Positions 1-10,941 of a DNA stretch of 64,000 bases are shown here, in pieces. Numbering within the stretch: position 1 is the first letter of the stretch; every line of letters begins with the position of its first letter. The notes beneath the pieces are model-generated. The model saw nothing but the letters and a program-made list of their open reading frames with translations, searched no databases and was not told the origin of the DNA. A program made the translations under genes and the position numbers. The stretch comes from an uncultured Pelagibacteraceae bacterium (GTDB lineage Bacteria > Pseudomonadota > Alphaproteobacteria > Pelagibacterales > Pelagibacteraceae). The stretch is from positions 22,828 to 86,827 of the forward strand of contig CACIEO010000004.1 of the NCBI GenBank assembly GCA_902585665.1, read 5' to 3'.

Positions 1-444
1 ACCCCAGAAATAATTTCTAAAAATTTAGCTGAATTAAAGGCAAATAAAGTTAGCCAAAAAAATAATGATAATTTAGTGCTGGGAGCAGATAGTGTTATAG
101 ATCTTGAGGGTATGTTGATATCAAAACCAGAAAATAGAAATGAGGCTTTAGATATACTAAGAAGATTGAACGGAAAGGATCATTTCTTAATAAGTTCTGT
201 CTGCATATCAAAAAATGGATCTATGGTTTGGAACTATACAGACAAAGCAATCCTTACAATGAAAAAAATGTCTGAGGACTATTTAAAAGACTACTTATCT
301 AAAATTTCTGATGAAGATTTATATGCATATAATGTTTATCAAATTGAGGGAGAGGGAAGGAAATTATTTTCAAAGATTGAAGGAGATGAAGATACAATTA
401 TGGGGTTACCAATCAAAAAAATTAAAGAATATTTAATTACATGA
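1..444 (+). CDS. maf: Maf-family nucleoside triphosphate pyrophosphatase (5'-truncated by window edge)
   Basis: LGADS, SKP and TIMGLP motifs; frame open from base 1; maf-aroE-coaE-dnaQ synteny. Confidence 0.9.
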   Translation, partial: TPEIISKNLAELKANKVSQKNNDNLVLGADSVIDLEGMLISKPENRNEALDILRRLNGKDHFLISSVCISKNGSMVWNYTDKAILTMKKMSEDYLKDYLSKISDEDLYAYNVYQIEGEGRKLFSKIEGDEDTIMGLPIKKIKEYLIT

Positions 445-1151
445 AAAAGTTTTTAATCTCATTATTGATAATCGTTTTTTCTATATATTTTTTGGTAGAA
501 TTTATTGGAGATAGATTAATTAAAAATATATTACAAGAAAATATTTCTAGTACGTTAAATAGAGATGTGTCAATTGGAACATTAAACATTAAGTACTTAA
601 GTGGAGAAGCTAATGGAAAAGATATTAGTCTTTTAAATAAAAAATTTGATGGATATTTATTAAAAATAGATTCTATAGTGGTAGATCTAGATACATTTTC
701 AATTTTTTCTAATAATATTATTATTAATAATGTTTTATTAAAAAATATAAAAGTTAATTATTATTTTAATTTTTCTGAACAAATAATTTCTGACAATGTA
801 CGATCCTTAAAAGAAGATCTTGAAAATAAAAATACATATTCTCAATCCAATAAATATTTTAATATAAAAAATTTAGATGCAAAAAATATTTCTTTATCTG
901 CATCTTCGCCAAATTTTAATATCGAAAAAACTATAAGACTAGACGATATGAATTTTAACAATGTTGGGAATACAAGTGATAGCAGGGACTATAAAGATAT
1001 ATTAAAAGATATATTCATTGACACAACTGAAATCATAAAAGAAAGAATATTTAATGAAAATTTTTTAGAAAAAATTGAAAATTTTGATTCAAATCAGTTA
1101 GAAGATAAAGTTAAAGACAAACTAAAGAATAAACTTAAAAAATTATTTTAA
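441..1151 (+). CDS. Hypothetical protein with N-terminal membrane anchor (AsmA-like)
   Basis: Single N-terminal TM helix followed by beta-rich region; overlaps both neighbours. Confidence 0.55.
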   Translation: MKKFLISLLIIVFSIYFLVEFIGDRLIKNILQENISSTLNRDVSIGTLNIKYLSGEANGKDISLLNKKFDGYLLKIDSIVVDLDTFSIFSNNIIINNVLLKNIKVNYYFNFSEQIISDNVRSLKEDLENKNTYSQSNKYFNIKNLDAKNISLSASSPNFNIEKTIRLDDMNFNNVGNTSDSRDYKDILKDIFIDTTEIIKERIFNENFLEKIENFDSNQLEDKVKDKLKNKLKKLF

Positions 1152-1948
1152 TGAAAAAATATTTAGTTATAGGAAATCCAATAGAACATTCTTTATCCCC
1201 AAAACTCCATAATTATTGGATAAAACAAAATAATATAAATGCGTCTTATGAAAAAAAATTAATTTCAGAAAATGATATTAGAAATATTATTTCAAAAATC
1301 AAATCTGAGGAAATTGCCGGAATTAATGTAACAGTTCCATTTAAAAATAAAATTGTTCCTTTTGTTGACATTTTAACAAAGGAGGCAGATCAAACTAAAT
1401 CTATTAATACTATTTACTTTGAAAAAGGGAAAACTATTGGACATAATACTGATATTGCTGGCTTTGAGCTAGGTATAAGATCATACGGATACAATATTGA
1501 AAAAAAAAATATTTTTATACTTGGAGCAGGTGGAGTTGTTCCATCCATAATTGTTGCTTTAAAAAAAATGAAAGCTTTAAATATATTTCTTTACAACAGA
1601 ACTCTAGACAAAGCCGAAGCTCTTAAAGATAGGTTTAATTACATTAAAATTATAGAAAATAATGAAATTCCTAAACATATTGATATGATAATAAATGCAA
1701 CAAGTCTTGGAATTAATAAAGATGATAAAATTGATTTAGATTATGAAAAAATAGGATCAAATAAGTTTTATTATGATATTATATATAATCCTCCACAAAC
1801 AAATTTTTTAAAACAAGCTAAAATATTTGGAAATAATACTGAAAATGGAAAAATGATGTTTATTTACCAAGCACACCAGGCGTTTTCTATCTGGCATAAA
1901 GTTTTCCCAAAAATCGATGAAAAAGTAATTGAGTTATTAGATAAATGA
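1151..1948 (+). CDS. aroE: Shikimate dehydrogenase
   Basis: GNPIEHSLSP, NVTVPFK, NTD, GAGG, NRT motifs. Confidence 0.97.
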   Translation: MKKYLVIGNPIEHSLSPKLHNYWIKQNNINASYEKKLISENDIRNIISKIKSEEIAGINVTVPFKNKIVPFVDILTKEADQTKSINTIYFEKGKTIGHNTDIAGFELGIRSYGYNIEKKNIFILGAGGVVPSIIVALKKMKALNIFLYNRTLDKAEALKDRFNYIKIIENNEIPKHIDMIINATSLGINKDDKIDLDYEKIGSNKFYYDIIYNPPQTNFLKQAKIFGNNTENGKMMFIYQAHQAFSIWHKVFPKIDEKVIELLDK

Positions 1949-2520
1949 AAAGAATTGCAATAGTAGGTGAAATTGGATCTGGAAAAAGTTTTGCAGCAAA
2001 AGTTTTTGATCTTCCAACATTTAATGCGGATAATGAAGTTAATAAAATATATAATAAAAATAGAATAGCATATAAGAAATTAAGAAAAAAACTCCCACAA
2101 TTTATTAGTTCATTTCCCATAAGGAAAAATGAATTATCAAATGCGGTGAATAAAAATACGGAAAACTTAAAAATTATAACGAAAATTGTACATCCGCTTG
2201 TTAGGAAGAGGATGAATTTTTTTTTAAGAAAAAATAAAAAAAAAAGAGCAGTCATTCTGGATATCCCTTTATATTTTGAAAATAAAATTAATAAAAATGA
2301 TGATGTTGTAATCTTTATAGAAGCGCAAAAAAAAAAAATAAATAAAGCCCTTAAAAAAAGACAAAGATCAAATACCAGCCTTTTAAAAAAATTAGGCATC
2401 TTACAAATCTCCAAAAATATCAAAAAAAGAAGATCTGATTATGTTATTAAAAACGATTTTAATAGTGAAAATTTAAAGAAAAAAGTTAAAATTTTAAAAG
2501 AAGAAATTTTAAGAAAATGA
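1945..2520 (+). CDS. coaE: Dephospho-CoA kinase
   Basis: GEIGSGKS P-loop, IVHP, DIPLYFE; synteny. Confidence 0.93.
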   Translation: MKRIAIVGEIGSGKSFAAKVFDLPTFNADNEVNKIYNKNRIAYKKLRKKLPQFISSFPIRKNELSNAVNKNTENLKIITKIVHPLVRKRMNFFLRKNKKKRAVILDIPLYFENKINKNDDVVIFIEAQKKKINKALKKRQRSNTSLLKKLGILQISKNIKKRRSDYVIKNDFNSENLKKKVKILKEEILRK

Positions 2521-3188
2521 AAGAAATAATTCTTGACACCGAGACTACCGGTTTAGATGTAAAAGATGGACATAGAATTGTTGAAATTGGTTGCTTAGAG
2601 ATAGATGATTTCGTTTTAACATCGAAAAAGTTCCATTGCTATTTAAATCCGCAAAGAAAAGTTTCTGAGCAAGCCCTTAAAATACATGGCTATACAGATG
2701 AATTTCTTTCAAAACAAAAAAAATTTTCTGATATTGTCAATGAATTTTTGGAATTTATTAAAGACAAAAAATTGATTATTCACAACGCTGGCTTTGACCT
2801 ATCGCATTTAAATAACGAACTTGCAATTTTAGGAAAAGATAAAATTGTTAAGTCTAATGTTATTGACACTTTAGAATTAGCAAGAAATAAATATCCAGGC
2901 TCCCAAAATAGTTTAGATGCTCTTTGTAAAAGATACAAAATAGATAATTCAAAAAGAGTAAAGCATACAGCTTTAGTAGACTGTGAGCTTTTATCAAAAG
3001 TTTATATTAATTTAACTGGGCAAAAAGAACCCCTACTTAAATTTGAAAATGAGTATATAAGCACTCTAAAAAAAGAAGACTTAAAAGAAAATATTTATTG
3101 TAAAAAAGTAATCAGACCTTCGGAAAATGATTTAAAGCTTCACAAACAATTTTTAAAAAATAGTCAAAAGAAAAATTATTTTAATTAA
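2517..3188 (+). CDS. dnaQ: DNA polymerase III epsilon subunit
   Basis: DTETTG, HNAGFD, HTALVD exonuclease motifs. Confidence 0.97.
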   Translation: MKEIILDTETTGLDVKDGHRIVEIGCLEIDDFVLTSKKFHCYLNPQRKVSEQALKIHGYTDEFLSKQKKFSDIVNEFLEFIKDKKLIIHNAGFDLSHLNNELAILGKDKIVKSNVIDTLELARNKYPGSQNSLDALCKRYKIDNSKRVKHTALVDCELLSKVYINLTGQKEPLLKFENEYISTLKKEDLKENIYCKKVIRPSENDLKLHKQFLKNSQKKNYFN

Positions 3189-3612
3189 ACTTTTCATTAA
3201 ATAGTTTTGTAAAATCAACCTTTTTCTCAAACTTTACGCCAGGAAATCCTGAGTCTGTCAGAGTCCTTATCAAAATTTTCTCAAGGTTTGGAAATACTTC
3301 ATTCTGAATATCACAAAGTATAATTTTTTGTAATTCTTTTTTTTCTTTAATTTCATTTTCTATTCTTATTATAATTGCATAAACTATTTCAAAATAAGAT
3401 TTTTTTTCACTTTGTGTTTTGTCTTGAAATTTCAATGTTGTGTTTACTTCAATTAACTTATTTTTAAGTGGTCTTGAATTAATATCTATATCTAATTCAT
3501 ATTTTGAAATATTATCTTTTGTATAAAGATAACTCTCTACATTTGGAGTTTCACTTGAAAGATCTTTAATATAAGTTGAAAGAATTTTATATTTTTCAGC
3601 CATTTCTATCAT
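3181..3612 (-). CDS. secB: Protein-export chaperone SecB
   Basis: YIKDLSSETP, GFP, VDF motifs; fxsA-secB synteny. Confidence 0.85.
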   Translation of the reverse strand: MIEMAEKYKILSTYIKDLSSETPNVESYLYTKDNISKYELDIDINSRPLKNKLIEVNTTLKFQDKTQSEKKSYFEIVYAIIIRIENEIKEKKELQKIILCDIQNEVFPNLEKILIRTLTDSGFPGVKFEKKVDFTKLFNEKFN

Positions 3613-4012
3613 CTATATCTTCAGATTCTCCCTCAATAAAGTCTTCTTTTTTTTTTATTTTTGTAGAATAATTTTTAGAAAATTTGAGAAAGATTAACTT
3701 TCTGGTTGGTGGAAATATCATTAATAAACCCATTAAATCGGTTGCAAACCCTGGTATGATTAAAAGCAAGGAAGCAAATGCTAACGCTGCGCCTGAAATT
3801 ATTTCATAAATAGGTAACTCGTTTTTCATCATTTGGCTTAAACCGGATCTAAGTGTGTTGAAACCCTCGTATCTTGCATAAAATACACCAAGGAATGCAG
3901 TAACAAAAATTAGTGAGATAGTGTAAAGGGCTCCAATTTTACCCCCTATCTCTATGAATAGATATATTTCAACAACTGGGATTAAAATAATAAGTAATAA
4001 TATCGCGTTCAT
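3596..4012 (-). CDS. fxsA: FxsA family membrane protein
   Basis: PVVEI and LLIIPGFATD motifs. Confidence 0.93.
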   Translation of the reverse strand: MNAILLLIILIPVVEIYLFIEIGGKIGALYTISLIFVTAFLGVFYARYEGFNTLRSGLSQMMKNELPIYEIISGAALAFASLLLIIPGFATDLMGLLMIFPPTRKLIFLKFSKNYSTKIKKKEDFIEGESEDIDDRNG

Positions 4013-4035
4013 TTGTCTTTAATTTAATTTGCTAG

Positions 4036-4064
4036 TTGAAATTTAGCAACATAGTAAATACTAT
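4036..4064 (+). promoter_or_regulatory. Sigma70-like promoter, probably leaderless, for the Tim44 gene
   Basis: TTGAAA-17bp-TACTAT, then 6 nt to the ATG at 4071. Confidence 0.55.
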
Positions 4065-4070
4065 TATTGA

Positions 4071-4658
4071 ATGAATAATAGTTTTGAATATATAGATATA
4101 ATACTTTTAGCAATGATTGCTGGTTTTATTTTTTTAAGATTAAGAGGTATTTTAGGAAAAAAATCAGGATTTGAGGATAAAATGCCAACAAGTTTTCCTC
4201 ATGAATTTCCAAATGAAGCTCCAAAAAAACCCATAAATGAAAATACTTTCGATGAAGGTGCCCAAAAAGATTTTATAAAAGGAGCAAAAATTGCCTACGA
4301 AAATATAATTACTAGTTTTTCATCTGGAAATTTAAAAAGTGTGAAAGAACTTTTAGATAAAAAAGTATACAATCAATTTGATGAAGCAATTAAATCAAGA
4401 AATGCAAATGGGCAAATATCAGAAACTACTTTTATAGGTATTAATTCTGCAGAAATTAAAAATCATGAAAATAAAAAAGGGTTTTTAGAGGTAACAGTTA
4501 ATTTTGTCAGCGAAATAATTTCTTGCGTAAAGGATAAAAATAATAATATTTTGACAGGTGATCCTAAAAAAATCAAAAAAGTCTTTGACACTTGGAAATT
4601 TTCGAAGCAGATTAATTCAACAAATCCAAATTGGCTATTGATTGACACAGAAAATTGA
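4071..4658 (+). CDS. Tim44/TimA family protein
   Basis: FLRLRGILGK N-terminus, FIKGAKIAYE, W-x-F and PNWLL C-terminus. Confidence 0.92.
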   Translation: MNNSFEYIDIILLAMIAGFIFLRLRGILGKKSGFEDKMPTSFPHEFPNEAPKKPINENTFDEGAQKDFIKGAKIAYENIITSFSSGNLKSVKELLDKKVYNQFDEAIKSRNANGQISETTFIGINSAEIKNHENKKGFLEVTVNFVSEIISCVKDKNNNILTGDPKKIKKVFDTWKFSKQINSTNPNWLLIDTEN

Positions 4659-5065
4659 TAAAAAAAATTTCTGAAAAAGATATTAAGGATTGGCACGAAT
4701 TTATTAAAAAAGACGAAAAATTAGTAAATAAAGATAACATTCAAGACGAAACAACCACAAAAAGACATGTAGAAATTGATTTGCACGGATACACATTAGA
4801 AGGAGCTAACAAAAAAATGTCTGATTATATAAATGAATGTTATGAAAATAATATTTCAGTTATCAATGTAATTACTGGAAAAGGTTTGAGATCTAAAAAT
4901 AAAGAAAACCCTTACACTTCAACCGATCTTGGAATACTTAAGCATTCAGTGCCTAATTATATAAAAAATAATACAGAACTAATGAATAAAATAAAATTTG
5001 TTGATTTTGATGAGGAAGATAAAAATAATAAAGGAAGTTTTAATATTTTTTTAAAAAAGAAATAA
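4655..5065 (+). CDS. Smr/MutS2 domain protein
   Basis: IDLHGY, VITGKG, GILK motifs. Confidence 0.9.
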   Translation: MIKKISEKDIKDWHEFIKKDEKLVNKDNIQDETTTKRHVEIDLHGYTLEGANKKMSDYINECYENNISVINVITGKGLRSKNKENPYTSTDLGILKHSVPNYIKNNTELMNKIKFVDFDEEDKNNKGSFNIFLKKK

Positions 5066-5074
5066 CATTTTAAT

Positions 5075-5692
5075 ATGAAAAATTTTAAACCAAGAATTAA
5101 AGCCAGATTAAGAAAAGGAAAAATTGATATTAAAAAAAAATTTTCCTCTGTAAGCGAAAAAGCAAGGATTGTAAAAAGCCAAACGGATATTAAAAAAAAT
5201 ATAAAGGACTTTTTCGATTGGGTCAAAGGAGCTGAACTTGTAGAATTAGATAAATGTAATATTCAAGAGGATCCTGTAAGACCAGAACTTGATAATATTT
5301 TTAGAACAAGTTACGGAAGAAAAATATTTGGTGTTAAATTTAAGGACGAAATTCACGCAGTAATGTGCTTTGCATTCACAGATGATATACCTAAATCAGT
5401 TGAGGAACTTGATTTATTTAGTAAGGATGCCTTTTTAAAAAATGTTCAAAGAGATCCAGATAAAGTTGGCAGGATAGCAATTGCTTATACAGTTTGGTCT
5501 AAGAAAAAAGGTGGTGGAAAACTTATTGTAAAAGAAGTTTATAAAATGATAAAGAAGTCAAATCACCTTAATAGACTTGTGACTTTATCGCCTCTGACTG
5601 AAATGGCTAGAAAATTTCACCTTAGAAATGGTGCAGTTGAATTGCAAGTTAATGAAACAACTCAAAATTTTGAGTATAAAGTTATAAAATAA
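5075..5692 (+). CDS. Hypothetical GNAT-fold protein resembling a minimal malonyl-CoA decarboxylase catalytic domain
   Basis: [23 protein letters not shown] and FHLRNGA motifs in the same order as in MCD. Confidence 0.55.
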   Translation: MKNFKPRIKARLRKGKIDIKKKFSSVSEKARIVKSQTDIKKNIKDFFDWVKGAELVELDKCNIQEDPVRPELDNIFRTSYGRKIFGVKFKDEIHAVMCFAFTDDIPKSVEELDLFSKDAFLKNVQRDPDKVGRIAIAYTVWSKKKGGGKLIVKEVYKMIKKSNHLNRLVTLSPLTEMARKFHLRNGAVELQVNETTQNFEYKVIK

Positions 5693-7049
5693 ACTTTGAT
5701 AAATCAGTATCTTTAACTAATTCACCTAAATTCTTCTTAATATACTCAGAGTCTACAACTATTTTTTCTCCCGATCTATCAGTAGCAGTAAAGCTTATTT
5801 CGTCTAAAACTCTTTCTATAATTGTATGAAGTCTTCTCGCACCTATATTTTCTACAGTTGAGTTTACCTCAGTAGCAATATTGGCTATTGTATCAATTCC
5901 GTCATCAGAAAATTCTAAGTCCACATTTTCCGTTTTTAATAATGCTTTATACTGTTTTATTAAACTATTATCTGGTTCCCTTAAAATTTTTTTAAAATCT
6001 TCACTTGTTAAAGCTTCAAGTTCAACTCTAATTGGTAAACGACCTTGTAATTCAGGTAAAAGATCTGAAGGTTTTGCTAATTGGAATGCACCAGAAGCAA
6101 TGAAAAGTATATGGTCAGTTTTAATAGGTCCATATTTTGTGCTTACAGTTGTTCCTTCAATTAAAGGTAACAAATCTCTTTGAACTCCTTCTCTTGAAAC
6201 GTCACCACCTACTCTGTCAGTTCTAGCTGAGATTTTATCAATCTCATCAAGGAATACTATACCGTTATTCTCAGTAGAATTCTTAGCAGATTTAATAATT
6301 TTATCTTGTTCAATTAATTTATCAGACTCCTCATTTATTAGAATTTCATGTGATTCTTTTACAGTCATTTTTTTCTTTTTTGCTTTATTTCCCATGCCTT
6401 TACCAAGCATTTCACCAATATTTATCATTCCAACATTTGCTCCAGGCATTCCAGGTATTTCAAATGATGGCATATTATTTGCTTCGTTAACTGCAATTTC
6501 AATCTCATTATCGTCCAAGTCACCATTTCTTAATCTTTTTCTAAAACTTTCTCTTGTTGCAACACTTGCTTTACTTCCAACAATTGCATCAAGTACTTTT
6601 TCTTCAGCCTGTTTTTGTGCTTGGGCGTAAACTTCTTTTCTTTTTTTAACCTTTTCCATAGCAATAGCTATTTCAAGTAAATCTCTTACTATTTGTTCAA
6701 CGTCTCTACCGACGTAACCTACTTCAGTAAATCTTGTAGCTTCGACTTTTACAAATGGCGCCTCTGCAAGTTTTGATAATCGTCTTGATATTTCAGTTTT
6801 ACCTACCCCTGTTGGCCCAATCATTAAAATATTTTTTGGCAAAACTTCATCTTTCATATCACCTTTTAAAGCCTGTCTTCTCCACCTATTTCTTAGTGCA
6901 ATAGCCACAGCCCTTTTAGCTTTGTTTTGCCCAACTACAAATCTGTCTAATTCTGATACTATTTCTCTTGGAGAAAGAGAATTTACAAAAGATTCATCCT
7001 GACTATTTTTATCTTTAGGGACTAAAGGTGTTACGTTATTTTTTTCCAT
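5682..7049 (-). CDS. hslU: ATP-dependent protease ATPase subunit HslU
   Basis: [25 protein letters not shown]. Confidence 0.98.
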   Translation of the reverse strand: MEKNNVTPLVPKDKNSQDESFVNSLSPREIVSELDRFVVGQNKAKRAVAIALRNRWRRQALKGDMKDEVLPKNILMIGPTGVGKTEISRRLSKLAEAPFVKVEATRFTEVGYVGRDVEQIVRDLLEIAIAMEKVKKRKEVYAQAQKQAEEKVLDAIVGSKASVATRESFRKRLRNGDLDDNEIEIAVNEANNMPSFEIPGMPGANVGMINIGEMLGKGMGNKAKKKKMTVKESHEILINEESDKLIEQDKIIKSAKNSTENNGIVFLDEIDKISARTDRVGGDVSREGVQRDLLPLIEGTTVSTKYGPIKTDHILFIASGAFQLAKPSDLLPELQGRLPIRVELEALTSEDFKKILREPDNSLIKQYKALLKTENVDLEFSDDGIDTIANIATEVNSTVENIGARRLHTIIERVLDEISFTATDRSGEKIVVDSEYIKKNLGELVKDTDLSKFIL

Positions 7050-7564
7050 TATATCTTTTCCATATTTATATTGTCATTTGTAAATACACATATTTCAGAA
7101 GCAACCTTAATTGCTTTTTTTGCTATCTCTTCAGCTGACATATCAGTATCCATTAATACTTTTGCTGATGCTAGAGCATAATTTCCACCTGATCCTATTC
7201 CAATTACATCACCTTCTGGCTCTAGAACATCACCTGTTCCTGAAATAATAAAACTTTTTTCTTTATCTCCAATTGCCATTAATGCTTCTAGTCTTCTTAA
7301 ATATTTGTCTGTTCTCCAATCTTTTGCAAGTTCAACAGCAGCTCTAGTTAAATTCCCAGCATGTTTTTCTAATTTAGATTCTAATCTTTCAAATAATGTT
7401 AGTGCATCTGCTGTTGATCCAGCAAATCCCGCGATCACATTTCTTTTCTCAATTTTTCTAACTTTGTTAGCTGTTCTCTTGATGACTGTATTTCCCATAC
7501 TTACCTGACCATCGCTAGCAACCACAACGTCTTTATTTTTTCTAACTAATACAATTGTTGTCAT
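7049..7564 (-). CDS. hslV: ATP-dependent protease subunit HslV
   Basis: N-terminal TTI nucleophile, DGQV, GSGG. Confidence 0.98.
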   Translation of the reverse strand: MTTIVLVRKNKDVVVASDGQVSMGNTVIKRTANKVRKIEKRNVIAGFAGSTADALTLFERLESKLEKHAGNLTRAAVELAKDWRTDKYLRRLEALMAIGDKEKSFIISGTGDVLEPEGDVIGIGSGGNYALASAKVLMDTDMSAEEIAKKAIKVASEICVFTNDNINMEKI

Positions 7565-7570
7565 ACATGT

Positions 7571-7599
7571 TAGATGGACATTAATTTCTATAATTCAAG
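7571..7599 (-). promoter_or_regulatory. RpoH (sigma32)-like promoter of hslVU
   Basis: Minus strand reads CTTGAA-15bp-TCCATCTA just upstream of the ATG of a heat-shock operon. Confidence 0.6.
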
Positions 7600-7654
7600 T
7601 TCTTGATTACTTTTATTGATATAAGCAAATAATGAATATATACGTATTAAAATA

Positions 7655-8245
7655 ATGAAGAGAAAAGCTGATATTACTAGAAAAACAAAAGAAACATCAA
7701 TCAAGGTTGAACTAAATATTGATGGAAAAGGTCAATACAAAATTGACACAGGAATTGGTTTTCTCGATCATATGTTAGAGCAATTATCTAAACATTCTTC
7801 GATAGATTTAAAGGTTAAAGCCAAAGGCGATACTCATATTGATTTACATCACACAACCGAAGATACTGGAATTGCTATTGGTGAATGTTTGAAAAAAGCA
7901 TCAAAAAATTTTGTTGGAATAAAAAGATATGCACATGCACTTTTACCTATGGATGAAACACTAACTAGAGTAGCTCTAGATGTATCTAATAGGCCATATT
8001 TAATATGGAATGTAAAATTAAAAGTAGAAAAATTAGGTGAAATGGATACTGAATTATTCAAGGAATGGTTCCAAGCTTTTGCACAATCTGCCGGGATTAC
8101 TCTTCACATAGAAAATATTTACGGTGATAATAGTCACCATATTATCGAATCTTGTTATAAAGGACTTGCTAGATCACTTAGAGCAGCGCTTGAATTAGAT
8201 CCAAAAAATAAAAATACAGTGCCCTCTACAAAAGGTTCTTTATAA
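7655..8245 (+). CDS. hisB: Imidazoleglycerol-phosphate dehydratase
   Basis: FLDHML, HHTTED, HHIIE. Confidence 0.98.
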   Translation: MKRKADITRKTKETSIKVELNIDGKGQYKIDTGIGFLDHMLEQLSKHSSIDLKVKAKGDTHIDLHHTTEDTGIAIGECLKKASKNFVGIKRYAHALLPMDETLTRVALDVSNRPYLIWNVKLKVEKLGEMDTELFKEWFQAFAQSAGITLHIENIYGDNSHHIIESCYKGLARSLRAALELDPKNKNTVPSTKGSL

Positions 8246-8256
8246 AAAAAGAATTA

Positions 8257-8883
8257 ATGAAAGTCACAATCGTCGATTATAGCTCAGGCAATATTAGTTC
8301 TGTAATTAATTCTTTTAAGGAAGTTGCAAAAGGAGAAGTTAATATAGATGTAACTTCAGATCTAAATAAGATTAAAACGAGTGATAAAGTAGTTTTGCCA
8401 GGGCAAGGTTCGTTTAAAAGTTGTGTTGATGCACTAAATAGTATTAATGGATTAGTTGAAACATTAAATGAATTTGCAATTACTAATAAAAAACCACTCC
8501 TTGGTATTTGTGTTGGCTTACAAATGTTTGCAGACATTGGATATGAAGAAACAGAAACAAAAGGCCTGGGTTGGATTTCAGGTAAAGTTTTAAAAATTGA
8601 TAATCAAAATGGAAAATACAAGCTTCCTCATATTGGCTGGAACCAAATTAGTATCATAAACGAAAGCAAGATTTTTAAAGATATAGAAAATAATTCTCAT
8701 ATGTATTTTGTTCATAGTTATGAATTTAAACCGAATGATAAAAATGTAATTTCAGCAACTACAGATTATTCATCAAATATAGTTTGTGCGGTAGAGAAAG
8801 AAAATATATTTGGAACACAATTTCACCCTGAAAAGAGTGATAAAATTGGATTACAAATTATAGAAAATTTTATAAAATTATAA
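8257..8883 (+). CDS. hisH: IGP synthase glutaminase subunit
   Basis: LPGQG, GICVG, PHIGWN, QFHPEKS. Confidence 0.98.
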   Translation: MKVTIVDYSSGNISSVINSFKEVAKGEVNIDVTSDLNKIKTSDKVVLPGQGSFKSCVDALNSINGLVETLNEFAITNKKPLLGICVGLQMFADIGYEETETKGLGWISGKVLKIDNQNGKYKLPHIGWNQISIINESKIFKDIENNSHMYFVHSYEFKPNDKNVISATTDYSSNIVCAVEKENIFGTQFHPEKSDKIGLQIIENFIKL

Positions 8884-8885
8884 AA

Positions 8886-9479
8886 ATGAAAACTGTATAT
8901 ATATTAATAAACGAGGCAATGCCCGGCATAATTAAAATTGGTTGGACTGATAAAAATGTTGAGGAGAGAATGAAAGAACTAGATAAGACCTCAACCCCAG
9001 TTCCTTTTACGTGTTATTTTGCTAAAAGAGTAGAAGATCCTACATTTGTTGAATCAAAATTGCATGAAGCTTTTGATGAATTTAGAATTAGAGATAATAG
9101 AGAGTTTTTTAGAATGTCACCAGATCAAGCTAAAGCAGCATTAGAAATTGCGACTGGCACTGATGTTACTCCAAAAGGTGATGTAGTTGAATCAGAAAGT
9201 GATAGAGTTGCGCTAAATAAAGAAAGAAATAGAAACAGATTTAATTTTGATGAAGCGGGGATAGATGCTGGTGAAATTTTAGAATTTAAGAAAGATCCAT
9301 CTATTACTGCAAAAGTGTTAGATAACGGACAAATAGATTTTAGAGGAACTAGAACTTCATTATCACAGTCAGCTTTAATAATCGTTCAAGAAATGGGTTA
9401 TAAATGGAATAAAATCGCAGGACCACAGTTTTGGATGTATAAAGGTAAGACTCTTTATGAAATAAGCCAAAACAAATGA
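8886..9479 (+). CDS. T5orf172/MUG113 GIY-YIG-family nuclease with RAMA-like C-terminal domain
   Basis: VYIL..KIGWT..ERMKEL..ESKLH..REFF; C-terminus AGIDAGEILEF..AKV..GQIDF..SLSQSA..GPQFW..GKTL. Confidence 0.8.
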   Translation: MKTVYILINEAMPGIIKIGWTDKNVEERMKELDKTSTPVPFTCYFAKRVEDPTFVESKLHEAFDEFRIRDNREFFRMSPDQAKAALEIATGTDVTPKGDVVESESDRVALNKERNRNRFNFDEAGIDAGEILEFKKDPSITAKVLDNGQIDFRGTRTSLSQSALIIVQEMGYKWNKIAGPQFWMYKGKTLYEISQNK

Positions 9480-10192
9480 AAATATTCCCAGCTATAGATA
9501 TTAAAGACAAAAAATGTGTAAGGTTAGTTAAAGGGAACTTCGATAACAAAACTGAATATGAAATGTCTCCTGTTGAACAAGCAGGAAAATATAAAGATCA
9601 TGGCTTCAAAAATTTACACATTGTTGATTTAGACGGGGCTTTAACTGGTGAAACAGTAAATTTAAATATTATTCAGGATATAGTTGGTAAATTTAATTTA
9701 AAGATTGAGGTAGGCGGTGGTATTCGAAATTCTGATAGTATTCAGAAATATATCGATGCTGGTGTTGAGAAAGTAATTTTAGGAAGTGCTGCTATTAAAG
9801 ATAAGAATTTTTTAAAAGAAACATGTGAAAAATTTCCAAATAAAATTGCTTTAGGTTTGGATGCTAAAGATGGTTATCTGTCGGTATCTGGATGGACAGA
9901 AAAATCTAATCAATTGACTTTAGATTATTTAAAAGAAGTTAATGATTATGGAGTTAGTAGATTGATTTATACTGATATTAATAAAGATGGCATGAAACAA
10001 AGCCCAAATTTTGAGCAAACATCAAAAGTTGCTGAAATATCAAATTGTCCTGTGATTATATCTGGCGGAGTTTCATCAATAGATGACATTAAAAAAGCGA
10101 AGAATTTAAAAAATGTTGAAGGTATAATAGTTGGTAAAGCTATTTACGATGGTGATATTAAATTAGAAGACCTTGTGAAAGAAGATGCTTAA
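9476..10192 (+). CDS. hisA: ProFAR isomerase
   Basis: IFPAID, VDLDGA, GGGIR, TDI. Confidence 0.98.
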   Translation: MKIFPAIDIKDKKCVRLVKGNFDNKTEYEMSPVEQAGKYKDHGFKNLHIVDLDGALTGETVNLNIIQDIVGKFNLKIEVGGGIRNSDSIQKYIDAGVEKVILGSAAIKDKNFLKETCEKFPNKIALGLDAKDGYLSVSGWTEKSNQLTLDYLKEVNDYGVSRLIYTDINKDGMKQSPNFEQTSKVAEISNCPVIISGGVSSIDDIKKAKNLKNVEGIIVGKAIYDGDIKLEDLVKEDA

Positions 10193-10940
10193 AAATAGAA
10201 TAATTCCTTGTTTAGATGTAAAGAACGGTCGTGTTGTAAAAGGCATTAACTTTATTGATTTAAAAGATGCAGGAGATCCTGTTGAACAAGCTAAAATTTA
10301 TAGCGATGGAGGCGCTGATGAAATTTGTTTTTTAGATATTACAGCCTCAAATGAAAATAGAGATACTATTTATGACGTTGTAGAAAAAACTTCAAAGAAA
10401 TGTTTTGTCCCTTTAACAGTGGGTGGAGGAGTAAGAAGTGTTGAAGATATAAGTAAACTACTTAACTGTGGCGCTGATAAAGTTTCAATAAATACAGCTG
10501 CAGTAAATGATAAGCAGGTTGTTGTTAATAGCTCAAAAAAATTTGGTTCTCAATGTATCGTTGTTGCTATAGATGCAAAAAAAAATGGAGATGTATGGGA
10601 GATTTATACTCATGGTGGAAGAAATAAAACGGGTATTGATGCAATAAAATTTGCAAAACAAATGGAAATAAGTGGTGCAGGGGAATTACTCGTAACATCA
10701 ATGGATAGAGATGGTACACAGGTCGGATATGATATTGATCTCATGTCGAATATTACATCTGCTGTAAATATTCCTGTTATTGCCTCTGGTGGAGTTGGTA
10801 CTTTAGATCATTTAGTGGATGGTATTAAATTAGGTAATGCGAGTGCAGTGCTAGCAGCTTCAATCTTTCACTACGGTAAATATTCAGTAAAACAGGCAAA
10901 GGAATATTTGGATTCAAAGGGAATTCCAGTTAGAATTTAA
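10185..10940 (+). CDS. hisF: IGP synthase cyclase subunit
   Basis: [21 protein letters not shown]. Confidence 0.98.
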   Translation: MLKNRIIPCLDVKNGRVVKGINFIDLKDAGDPVEQAKIYSDGGADEICFLDITASNENRDTIYDVVEKTSKKCFVPLTVGGGVRSVEDISKLLNCGADKVSINTAAVNDKQVVVNSSKKFGSQCIVVAIDAKKNGDVWEIYTHGGRNKTGIDAIKFAKQMEISGAGELLVTSMDRDGTQVGYDIDLMSNITSAVNIPVIASGGVGTLDHLVDGIKLGNASAVLAASIFHYGKYSVKQAKEYLDSKGIPVRI

Positions 10941-10941
10941 T

